A stretch of 24,000 nucleotides of DNA from Gammaproteobacteria bacterium (GTDB lineage Bacteria > Pseudomonadota > Gammaproteobacteria > Enterobacterales > Psychrobiaceae), in contig JABSRU010000015.1 in assembly GCA_013214965.1 (NCBI GenBank), positions 35,307 to 59,306 of the forward strand. Direction: 5' to 3'. Both the position numbers and the translations under genes were made by a program. Below the pieces are notes generated by a model that was given only the letters and a program-made list of their open reading frames with translations, was not told where the DNA came from and made no database searches. The first letter of the stretch is position 1, and each line of letters starts with the position of its first letter. Below are positions 17,424-24,000 of the stretch, one piece after another.

Positions 17424-17795
17424 ATGGTTGTCGCTATTCGCTGGGTCCTTGGCCGGATTATTTTATTATTAAATTTTGTTTTTTTCCCTCGAGGCGTTAA
17501 GCGCGGGCTAGAGCAACAACAATTGGTTGATGTCGAAAGCGCCAAGCTAAAACTGTATCAATTTCACGCCTGCCCATTTTGCGTTAAAGTACGCCGTCAA
17601 ATGAAGCGTTTATCATTAAAGATTGACCTAATTGATGCCAAAATCGAAGGGCAAGCGAAAACTGACTTAGTAACCCTAGGCGGTAGACATAAAGTCCCTT
17701 GCTTACGCATCGAAAGTGCTCAAGGTGACGTGCAATGGTTATACGAGTCATCTGATATTAATCAATATTTAAGCCAACAGTTTGGGAGCCAATAA
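17424..17795 (+). CDS. Glutaredoxin-family (thioredoxin-fold) protein with N-terminal membrane anchor
   Basis: A hydrophobic N-terminus (VVAIRWVLGRIILLLNFVFF) precedes LYQFHACPFCVKVRRQM with a CPFC active site. A cis-Pro-type VPCL motif sits at the expected glutaredoxin position. GAGG ribosome-binding site 7 nt upstream. Confidence 0.7.
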   Translation: MVVAIRWVLGRIILLLNFVFFPRGVKRGLEQQQLVDVESAKLKLYQFHACPFCVKVRRQMKRLSLKIDLIDAKIEGQAKTDLVTLGGRHKVPCLRIESAQGDVQWLYESSDINQYLSQQFGSQ

Positions 17796-17796
17796 G

Positions 17797-18642
17797 ATGC
17801 CAAGATTACGAGGCCTAGTGCAACTAGGTAAAATGAATCGCTTAGTAGTGGTTAAAGAAGTCGATTTTGGTTTTTATCTCGACGGCGGTGAGTTTGGTGA
17901 AATACTATTACCACATGGCTCAACCGATGAACTTCACGTGATAGACGACATTGTCGATGTTTTCTTATATAAAGATTCTGACGATCGTTTAATTGCGACC
18001 ACTAAGACCCCACTGGCCCAAGTTGGCGATATCACGACCTTAAAAGTGGCGGCCTTAACACCCGTTGGTGCCTTTTTAGATTGGGGCTTAGAAAAAGATT
18101 TGCTGGTTCCTTTTTCTGAGCAAGCTTCAACGATGGTTGAAGGCGGTAAATACCTTGTTTTAGTGTATATCGATGTTAGTGGACGACTGGTTGCATCTTC
18201 TAAATTGGACAAACGTTTAGACCGTGAACCTGCTCATTATGACGCCCATGAACGTGTTAACGTGGTGATTTGTGATCACACGGATATAGGTTATAAAGCG
18301 GCAATTAATGGCATGCATTGGGGTGTTTTATACCGTAATGAAGTGTTTAAAGAATTACGCATTGGCCAAAAAATGTCAGCTTATATCAACAAAGTACGTG
18401 ATGACGGCAAAATTGATCTGTTATTAGATAAGCCTGGCTATACCAAAAATGATGAGCTTGGCAACCAAATCATTGTGTTTCTTAAGCAAAACAATGGCAC
18501 TAGCCACATTAGCGACAAAAGCTCACCAGAAATCATTACCCGTTTGTTTGGTGTTAGCAAAAAGAAATTCAAGCAATCGGTTGGCGCGCTGTATAAGTCT
18601 GGTCAAATTATCTTGGGTAAAGATGGAATCCGTTTGCCTTAA
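17797..18642 (+). CDS. S1-like domain RNA-binding protein, CvfB/YitL family
   Basis: The sequence LGKMNRLVVVKEVDFGFYLDGGEFGEILLP is the typical N-terminus of this family. Repeated S1-like segments and a C-terminal winged-helix-like tail (FKQSVGALYKSGQI) follow. The ATG at 17797 has a GGGAG ribosome-binding site and starts 1 nt after the upstream stop. The track start at 17782 is TTG. Confidence 0.75.
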   Translation: MPRLRGLVQLGKMNRLVVVKEVDFGFYLDGGEFGEILLPHGSTDELHVIDDIVDVFLYKDSDDRLIATTKTPLAQVGDITTLKVAALTPVGAFLDWGLEKDLLVPFSEQASTMVEGGKYLVLVYIDVSGRLVASSKLDKRLDREPAHYDAHERVNVVICDHTDIGYKAAINGMHWGVLYRNEVFKELRIGQKMSAYINKVRDDGKIDLLLDKPGYTKNDELGNQIIVFLKQNNGTSHISDKSSPEIITRLFGVSKKKFKQSVGALYKSGQIILGKDGIRLP

Positions 18643-18677
18643 GTAATCAAAAGACCAACGTGAATAAAGGTGAAAAC

Positions 18678-19505
18678 ATGATTAAATTTCTTTTTTTGTT
18701 GGTCTTTCTTTTTAGCAGTATTGTTACTGCTAAAATAAACCCTGCGTTATGGCAAATAGAACATCAAGGGCAAGTGAGTTATTTGTTTGGCTCGATGCAT
18801 ATTGGCCAAGCTAGCTGGTATCCTCTGAACAACCATATCGAACAAGCATTTAAAGCGAGTGATAGCTTAGTGGTTGAATTAGATATGACTAGGCATGAAG
18901 AGAGAGTACAGGCGGAAATGTTTCTGCCGGCGGGACAAAATATTAGCCAACATTTATCCAATCAAACCTATCAAAAGCTACTGAAATTCTTAAGCACTGA
19001 AAAAATCCCTCACCATGCAATCGCTTCATTAAAGCCGTGGGCATTAACCAATACGCTTGCTGTGTTACCTTTCTTAAAGTTGGGGTTAACGCCGGCATGG
19101 GGCATTGATGCTCAAATGCTAACGCGGGCTAAACAATCAGCAAAGCCATTAATTGAATTAGAAACCGTTGAATTTCAATTGAACTTATTATCCACCATGT
19201 TTGCTGATGAAGAAGCACTGTTAGAGACGATTACGATGCCGGCTGACGAATCATTGGCATTATTGCAGGCTTGGCAGATTGGCGATTTAAGTGCGATTGA
19301 AAAAATGCTGAAGCAACAAATGTCCGATCAGCAATATCAGATGATGCTAGTTGAGCGTAATGTTACTTGGGTGAAACGATTAAAGGGGCTATTAAATAAT
19401 AAGCAACGCCTGTTTATCGTGGTTGGCGCTGCTCATTTAGTGGGAAAAGATGGTGTGCCAGCATTATTACGGCAGCAGGGGATTAAAGTCTCTCGACTTC
19501 AGTAA
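18678..19505 (+). CDS. TraB/GumN family protein, secreted/periplasmic
   Basis: Signal peptide MIKFLFLLVFLFSSIVTA, then W.I.....SYLFGSMHIG and a C-terminal VVGAAHLVG motif, both typical of TraB/GumN. The ATG at 18678 with an AAGGTGA ribosome-binding site is preferred over the GTG at 18660. Confidence 0.8.
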   Translation: MIKFLFLLVFLFSSIVTAKINPALWQIEHQGQVSYLFGSMHIGQASWYPLNNHIEQAFKASDSLVVELDMTRHEERVQAEMFLPAGQNISQHLSNQTYQKLLKFLSTEKIPHHAIASLKPWALTNTLAVLPFLKLGLTPAWGIDAQMLTRAKQSAKPLIELETVEFQLNLLSTMFADEEALLETITMPADESLALLQAWQIGDLSAIEKMLKQQMSDQQYQMMLVERNVTWVKRLKGLLNNKQRLFIVVGAAHLVGKDGVPALLRQQGIKVSRLQ

Positions 19506-19511
19506 TAAAAT

Positions 19512-19712
19512 TTAATGATCAGATGCATTAATATCAACGACTTCAGTAATGACCTTTTCGACTAATTTTACCCGGCCGCTCTTCACTAATGCTTGGCGCA
19601 GTACATATTCAATTTGAGCATTTACACTGCGCAACTCATCATCTGACCACCGTTGCATTGCTGCTAAGACATCTTCATTAATTCGCAGCGGATAGGCTTT
19701 GCGTTTGGCCAT
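19512..19712 (-). CDS. Arc/MetJ-superfamily ribbon-helix-helix DNA-binding protein (66 aa)
   Basis: MAKRKAYPLRINEDVLAAMQRWSDDELRSVNAQIEYVLRQAL fits a beta-strand/helix/helix RHH pattern, including the RS.N..I signature of Arc-like domains. The ATG at 19712 has AGGA 8 nt upstream and lies 10 nt after the SPFH stop. The longer track ORF (to 19844) overlaps the SPFH gene and looks spurious. Confidence 0.7.
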   Translation of the reverse strand: MAKRKAYPLRINEDVLAAMQRWSDDELRSVNAQIEYVLRQALVKSGRVKLVEKVITEVVDINASDH

Positions 19713-19722
19713 ATTGGTTTTC

Positions 19723-20592
19723 CTAGTATAACGATCCAGCATTAACCACTGGTTGAGTATTTTTATCACTACATAATACCACCAATAAGTTAATGACCAT
19801 TGCGGCTTTACGCTCTTCGTCAAGTTCAACAATGTTGTTTTCACTTAACCGATTTAACGCTAATTCTACCATTCCTACCGCGCCTTCGACAATCCGTTCT
19901 CGCGCAGCAATCATCGCCGATGCTTGTTGGCGTTGTAGCATAGCACTAGCAATTTCAGGCGCATAAGCAAGGTGACTAATGCGCGCTTCAATGACGTTGA
20001 CGCCAGCTTTGTCTAATCGTTTTTGAACTTCTTGTTGTAACGCATCGGCAATGACATCTGCGTGTGAGCGCAAAGTCACTTCATTCTCATCATTGCTGTG
20101 CTGATCATAAGGGTAGCTCGTTGCTAGATTTCTTAATGCCGCTTCAGATTGCGTTTTAACAAAACTCTCGTAATCATCAACTTCAAATAAAGCTTCAGCA
20201 CTATCAACCACTTCCCATACCACCACGCAAGCGATCTCTATTGGATTACCGAGCTGATCATTGACTTTGAGTTTGTCGCTTTCAAAGTTGCGAACGCGTA
20301 GCGATATTTTACGCTTAATAAATAAAGGATTTGCCCAGCGTAAACCTGGTTTTTTATCGGTGCCAGAATATTTCCCAAATAATAACATCACCCGTGCTTG
20401 TTTCGGTTGCACCATATATAAACCGACCCCAATGAAAATAGACACTGGAATAATTGGGACAAAAAAGACTTTAACGCTGTCATTACCCGTGATCATCACG
20501 GTTAAGAATAACGTCGCTAATCCAGCGATTAGTGCAACGATCAAATAACCTGAACAACTAAATGCTGGTTTTTCTATGGTTTGTGGTTTCAT
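19723..20592 (-). CDS. SPFH/band-7 (stomatin/prohibitin-like) membrane protein
   Basis: Two N-terminal hydrophobic helices precede an SPFH core (VMLLFGKY...PGLRW.NP....ISLRVRN......KVND..GNPIEI..VV.W.V.D). A C-terminal coiled region follows ([16 protein letters not shown]). Confidence 0.85.
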   Translation of the reverse strand: MKPQTIEKPAFSCSGYLIVALIAGLATLFLTVMITGNDSVKVFFVPIIPVSIFIGVGLYMVQPKQARVMLLFGKYSGTDKKPGLRWANPLFIKRKISLRVRNFESDKLKVNDQLGNPIEIACVVVWEVVDSAEALFEVDDYESFVKTQSEAALRNLATSYPYDQHSNDENEVTLRSHADVIADALQQEVQKRLDKAGVNVIEARISHLAYAPEIASAMLQRQQASAMIAARERIVEGAVGMVELALNRLSENNIVELDEERKAAMVINLLVVLCSDKNTQPVVNAGSLY

Positions 20593-20606
20593 TTGTTAAC
20601 CTACGA

Positions 20607-20649
20607 GTGATATCAAAGTGATATCAAAGTGATATCAAAGTGATATCAC
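20607..20649. repeat. Tandem 11-bp repeat GTGATATCAAA x3 plus terminal GTGATATCAC (four phased TGATATCA palindromes)
   Basis: Read directly from the sequence. Units occupy 20607-20617, 20618-20628, 20629-20639 and 20640-20649. Each contains the 8-bp palindrome TGATATCA, and the last unit is a perfect 10-bp palindrome. The array lies 15-57 nt upstream of the SPFH start codon. Confidence 0.95.
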
Positions 20650-20676
20650 TATAGATCGATAAATAAGTTTTAGCAA
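20648..20676 (-). promoter_or_regulatory. Candidate sigma70 promoter of the SPFH-RHH operon
   Basis: On the minus strand: -35 TTGCTA (20671-20676), an exact 17-bp spacer and -10 TATAGT (20648-20653). The last two bases of the -10 are the first bases of the repeat array, so the predicted transcription start falls inside repeat 1. Confidence 0.5.
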
Positions 20677-20677
20677 T

Positions 20678-20701
20678 AAAAAAAGCCACTATCGAAGTGG
20701 C
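20678..20701 (-). terminator. Rho-independent terminator of mmsA
   Basis: Stem GCCACT (20685-20690) pairs with AGTGGC (20696-20701) around a 5-nt loop. On the minus strand it is followed by T7 (complement of the A-run at 20678-20684). It lies 84 nt downstream of the mmsA stop. Confidence 0.8.
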
Positions 20702-20784
20702 CTTTCCCGCGGCAAGAGCGTTTAAATTAAATACTCATAATGCCGGAGATATCGGTGCATGTGGAGTAAACCTTATTTTTCTCG

Positions 20785-22284
20785 TTACTTCATACTAATG
20801 GTCGTATTAACCGCGCCAGCGTCTTGCCCCGGGGCAAACCAACGGGCCGATACTGTTTTAGTTTGAGTCCAAAAGGCAATGGCTTGTTTACCATTCGGGC
20901 CTAAGTCACCTAACTTTGAACCGCGCGAGCCAGTAAAGCTAAAGTAAGCCACTGGCACAGGGATTGGAATATTGATCCCCAGTTGTCCGGCATCGGCTTC
21001 ATTCTCAAAACGTTGGGCATAATAACCTGAATTGGTGAAAATTGACGCGCCATTACCATTGGGATTAGCGTTAATCAGATCAACCGCTTGTTCGAAACTA
21101 TCGGCTTCCATAATCAGCAAGGCCGGGCCAAAGATTTCTTGGGTATAAATGTCCATCCCGGTGGTAACACCACTAAACATGGTTGGGCCGACAAAGTTAC
21201 CTTCCTCATAACCTTTGACCACACAATCACGGCCATCGACCATCAAGTTAGCGCCTTGTTCAACGCCTGAATTGATCAGTTTGATGATTCGTTGCTTCGC
21301 TTGTGGAGTAATGACAGGGCCTAAATCAGCCGTGCGATCGGTCCCAGGTCCTACTTTCATTTCATGACTACGTTGAGCTATTTCATCAATCCATTGGCGA
21401 GTTTCACCGACTAAAATAACCACGGAATTAGCCATACAACGTTGACCTGCTGCGCCATAAGCGGCACCCAATATATTATTAATCGCCTGATCTTTGTCAC
21501 AATCAGGCATTACAATACAGTGGTTTTTCGCCCCCATCATGCATTGTGCGCGTTTGTTGTTGGCACTGGCTCGTTGATAAACTTGAGTACCGACATTGGT
21601 TGAACCAATAAATGAAACCGCTTTAATTAATGGGTGCTCACATAATCGATTCGCGACTTCTGGACCACCGTGAACCACGTTTAACACACCCGGTGGAATA
21701 CCGGCTTCTAAGGCCAACTGTGCTAATAATAATGAGGCTGACGGATCTTGCTCAGAGGGTTTTAACACAAAGGTATTACCGGTTGCTAACGCTAGCGGAA
21801 ACATAAAACAGGGTAACATCACCGGAAAGTTAAAGGCGGTGATACCAGCGCCAACGCCAAGTGGTTTATTGATGGTGTAAACGTCAATATTACCGGCAAC
21901 GTTGTTGGCCATTTCACCTAATTGTAACGAAGTAATAGAACAGGCGTGTTCAACAACTTCAAGGCCACGAGCGACTTCACCTTCGGCATCTGGTAAGGTT
22001 TTACCATGCTCTAAGGTGATTAGCTGAGCTAATTTGTCGGTGTTATCACGGATAAGCTGTTGCAGCTTTAACATGATCCGCATCCGTTGTCCCATCGGTA
22101 CTTTTTTCCATGATTGAAATGCTTGATGGCAATTTTCAATGGCGGCATCAACTTCATCAAGTGTAGCAAATGGCACTTGAGCGACCACTTCTTGCGTGGC
22201 AGGGTTTAGCACATCAATCCATTGACCTGAATTCGACTCGACTAGTTGACCATTAATTAGCATGGGAACGCGGCGGACTGTCAT
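20785..22284 (-). CDS. mmsA: Methylmalonate-semialdehyde dehydrogenase (CoA-acylating)
   Basis: 499-aa aldehyde dehydrogenase with the catalytic Cys region (GAAGQRCMA) and a conserved ELGGK-like segment replaced by MMGAKN. Length and end-to-end pattern (LINGQ..ES......V.NPATQEV, FTGSRGS..GDL) are typical of MmsA/IolA. Confidence 0.92.
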   Translation of the reverse strand: MTVRRVPMLINGQLVESNSGQWIDVLNPATQEVVAQVPFATLDEVDAAIENCHQAFQSWKKVPMGQRMRIMLKLQQLIRDNTDKLAQLITLEHGKTLPDAEGEVARGLEVVEHACSITSLQLGEMANNVAGNIDVYTINKPLGVGAGITAFNFPVMLPCFMFPLALATGNTFVLKPSEQDPSASLLLAQLALEAGIPPGVLNVVHGGPEVANRLCEHPLIKAVSFIGSTNVGTQVYQRASANNKRAQCMMGAKNHCIVMPDCDKDQAINNILGAAYGAAGQRCMANSVVILVGETRQWIDEIAQRSHEMKVGPGTDRTADLGPVITPQAKQRIIKLINSGVEQGANLMVDGRDCVVKGYEEGNFVGPTMFSGVTTGMDIYTQEIFGPALLIMEADSFEQAVDLINANPNGNGASIFTNSGYYAQRFENEADAGQLGINIPIPVPVAYFSFTGSRGSKLGDLGPNGKQAIAFWTQTKTVSARWFAPGQDAGAVNTTISMK

Positions 22285-22357
22285 AACAATACCTTTTTAT
22301 TTATTTTTAGATTGAATTTAGCATAAGGCGCATTGAGTGACTTGACAAGAGGGGTAA

Positions 22358-22389
22358 ATGCAAGGCAGTCTTGCATAAATGCAAAGCAT
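22358..22389. promoter_or_regulatory. Dyad-symmetric sites in the mmsA/LysR divergent region (probable LysR-type regulator binding sites)
   Basis: A 19-bp palindrome ATGCAAG-GCAGT-CTTGCAT (22358-22376) is followed 2 bp later by ATGC-AAA-GCAT (22379-22389). A possible mmsA promoter on the minus strand has -35 TTGTCA (22343-22348) and -10 TATGCT (22320-22325). That places the palindrome roughly 50-60 bp upstream of the start site, a typical position for LysR-type regulators. Confidence 0.5.
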
Positions 22390-22419
22390 GCTGTAAATAT
22401 AAAATATAGGCGGTTATCA

Positions 22420-23325
22420 ATGAATTGGGATGATTTGAAAGTTTTTTTAGAAGTCGCAAGAACCGAGACTTTAGTCTTAGCCTCAAAACGATTAAACCTA
22501 GATCCATCAACTATTTCCCGTCGACTTCATAAACTTGAAACTCAACTTGAAACTCAGTTATTTGAGCGGACTGTTACCGGGCATGTTTTAACGGAGGAGG
22601 GCACTGAATTATTTAAAACAGCCTTAGGTGTTGAGCAACAAATGCTGAGTGCCATTGAGATTTTGCAAGGCAAGAATTTACAGCAAAAAGGCAATGTCAG
22701 AATTGGTACGACAGACGCATTCGGCAGTTTTTTTATCACACCCAACCTCAGTGGCTTTCTCCAACAACATCCAGATATCACTATTGATTTATTACCATTA
22801 CAGCGCCTGGTTAAATTGACGCAACACGAAGCTGACTTGGCGGTGACCATTGAAAAACCTAAAAATACATCGTTGGTGGTGGCTAAATTGTCGGACTATC
22901 GGTTGCAGATGTATGCCAGCAAAGACTACGTAGCCAAACATGGGACTATCACAACATTAGAGCAACTGTCGAGTCATGACTTAATTGGATATGTCGATGA
23001 TTTACTGTTTAGTAATCAATTAAATTATCTTAATCGATATTTATCGGATATTGACCCTATTTTTAGAAGCACTAGTGTTATTTCGCAATGGCGTGCGGTT
23101 GAACAGGGGTTAGGTTTGGCTATTTTACCGTGTTTCTTGGCTCGGCAATCTCCACATTTAGTGAAGGTACTAAGTAGTGAAATTAATATTGTTCGCAGTT
23201 TTTGGATTGCAGCCCCCAGTGATCGAATGCGTTTAGCCCGAGTCGGTAAGCTATGGCATTATTTAAAAGATTTAGCCGAGCAATCACAGGCGGTATTATT
23301 GCCATTGGATACTGATAATTGCTAA
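22420..23325 (+). CDS. LysR-family transcriptional regulator, divergent from mmsA
   Basis: MNWDDLKVFLEVARTETLVLASKRLNLDPSTISRRLHKLE is a canonical LysR N-terminal helix-turn-helix. It starts at the ATG at 22420, and a substrate-binding domain follows. The track extension to the TTG at 22333 adds 29 atypical residues and would cover the regulatory palindromes. Confidence 0.9.
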   Translation: MNWDDLKVFLEVARTETLVLASKRLNLDPSTISRRLHKLETQLETQLFERTVTGHVLTEEGTELFKTALGVEQQMLSAIEILQGKNLQQKGNVRIGTTDAFGSFFITPNLSGFLQQHPDITIDLLPLQRLVKLTQHEADLAVTIEKPKNTSLVVAKLSDYRLQMYASKDYVAKHGTITTLEQLSSHDLIGYVDDLLFSNQLNYLNRYLSDIDPIFRSTSVISQWRAVEQGLGLAILPCFLARQSPHLVKVLSSEINIVRSFWIAAPSDRMRLARVGKLWHYLKDLAEQSQAVLLPLDTDNC

Positions 23326-23399
23326 AAAGGGTGCTAACATTATTCCTAATTGGCACTGCAAGTGTGTACACCGGGACGCTTTCACCTAAGGATAGTTTT

Positions 23400-24000
23400 A
23401 TGACCCAAGATATTTTTAATCAATCGGCTGGCTATTTAAAAAAAGCGGTACCTTTAATGATCAAATATCAGGTGCCAACCACACCCACTAATTATGCGCT
23501 GTGGTATGCCTATGTTTCCGAAGAGATCCCACAGCTTAACCAAGAGCTTGATGCCTTGCTCGATGGTAATAAAATTTGTCCTCCAATGCGTGCCGAGTTG
23601 ATATATCGACATCATGTTGCCGATAAAACGGATTCACAAACGTGGCAATTAAGACAAAGTGTTGACGCTATGCTTTGTGAGTTGACGCAATCGGTTAAAG
23701 ATACTCGAGTCGATAGCGGTAAATTTCAACGGGCGATTGAAAAATCCTTCGAAGATTTGCACCGGGTGGAAGATGAAGGTTGGTCGATTGAAGAAGTGAT
23801 GGTATTGATCCGTAACTTGGCCGGTGACACTAAACGTATTAGTAATGCCGCTAAATTTTTTAATCACACGTTAGAGAAATCTCAACAGGAAATAGAATCA
23901 CTGAAAAAGCAATTAGCCGCTACTGAAAAACTTGCGCTCTATGATTCCCTAACTGGTTTGCTAAATCGCCATTCGTTTGATGCTGAGTTAACCTCGTTAA
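23400..24000 (+). CDS. Diguanylate cyclase (GGDEF), N-terminal sensory/coiled region and start of the GGDEF domain; 3' end beyond the window
   Basis: Absent from the track because there is no stop in the window. My translation from the ATG at 23400 (AAGGA 7 nt upstream) is open to the window end. It reads MTQDIFNQSAGYLKKAVPLMIKYQVPTTPTNYALWYAYVS...EIESLKKQLAATEKLALYDSLTGLLNRHSFDAELTSL. The D.LTGL.NR..F segment is the canonical start of a GGDEF domain. Confidence 0.75.
   Translation, partial: MTQDIFNQSAGYLKKAVPLMIKYQVPTTPTNYALWYAYVSEEIPQLNQELDALLDGNKICPPMRAELIYRHHVADKTDSQTWQLRQSVDAMLCELTQSVKDTRVDSGKFQRAIEKSFEDLHRVEDEGWSIEEVMVLIRNLAGDTKRISNAAKFFNHTLEKSQQEIESLKKQLAATEKLALYDSLTGLLNRHSFDAELTSL

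Noticed and set aside
19713-19844. N-terminal 44-aa extension of the RHH ORF (the track's 110-aa version)
   Set aside because: The extension overlaps the 3' end of the SPFH gene in another frame and has an implausible Trp/Tyr-rich sequence. The internal ATG at 19712 has a proper ribosome-binding site and yields a canonical 66-aa RHH protein.
20607-20649. Tandem repeats as a CRISPR array or minisatellite
   Set aside because: The 11-bp units are contiguous with no spacers and there are no cas genes, so this is not CRISPR. The promoter-proximal position and palindromic cores argue for an operator or leader element.
22333-22419. TTG-initiated 29-aa extension of the LysR ORF
   Set aside because: LysR regulators start a few residues before the helix-turn-helix, and MNWDDLKVFLEVA at 22420 is canonical. 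The extension would also read through the regulatory palindromes.
22534-22557. 12-bp tandem duplication CTTGAAACTCAA/CTTGAAACTCAG encoding LETQLETQ in the LysR helix-turn-helix region
   Set aside because: The segment has the normal length of the LysR consensus LE..LG..LF.R, so it is not an insertion. It is probably a chance or ancient in-frame repeat. The usually conserved Gly is replaced by Glu.
23351-23366. TGGCAC upstream of the GGDEF gene as a sigma54 -24 element
   Set aside because: The required -12 TTGC(A/T) element is absent at the fixed spacing; the sequence after five nucleotides is GTGT. There is no enhancer-binding protein context.
22307-23371. Minus-strand track ORFs 22307-22510, 22554-22850 and 23183-23371
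   Set aside because: They are antisense to the LysR gene or its control region, Cys/Leu-rich shadow frames.
23649-23867. 72-aa minus-strand ORF
   Set aside because: It is antisense to the open GGDEF-protein frame that I translated from 23400 to the window end.
1-24000. Search for mobile elements, integrases, tRNA/att sites, toxin-antitoxin pairs or known defence-system genes
   Set aside because: None was recognised. All large ORFs have metabolic, envelope or regulatory assignments. The only module-like accessory candidates are the SPFH-RHH pair and the orphan secreted protein.

Overview
This window looks like a core-chromosome segment of an AT-rich marine gammaproteobacterium. It resembles Alteromonadales, but I cannot verify the taxon without a database search. 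I found no rRNA, tRNA, CRISPR array, transposase, integrase or recognisable defence-island genes.

Gene content, left to right:
- A partial M16 zinc-peptidase lipoprotein (minus strand, running off the left edge).
- metC with tandem MetJ boxes, divergent from miaE.
- A stand-alone HDOD protein.
- A complete AcnD/PrpF-type 2-methylcitrate operon (GntR regulator, prpB, prpC, acnD, prpF; minus strand) with two copies of a palindromic operator.
- An orphan secreted protein.
- raiA.
- A pqi envelope-transport locus in which pqiA is split into two half-genes, followed by pqiB and pqiC.
- A probable operon of a membrane-anchored glutaredoxin-like protein, a CvfB/YitL S1-domain protein and a TraB/GumN protein.
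- A two-gene SPFH plus Arc-type ribbon-helix-helix (RHH) module.
- mmsA with a divergent LysR regulator.
- The 5' part of a GGDEF diguanylate cyclase (running off the right edge).

The supplied ORF track omits the two edge-truncated genes, and I translated those by eye.

Leads worth following:
1. The SPFH-RHH module. Its sigma70-like promoter runs directly into four helically phased 11-bp repeats, each containing the palindrome TGATATCA.
2. An A_AAA_AAA slippery run exactly at the junction of the two pqiA halves. A -1 shift or a single extra A would recreate a single-chain PqiA.
3. A duplicated ATTGTCnACAATGTT operator that links the prp regulator to the orphan secreted protein.

The rest of the window is ordinary housekeeping and metabolic content. 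I do not claim to have found a clearly novel multi-gene system.
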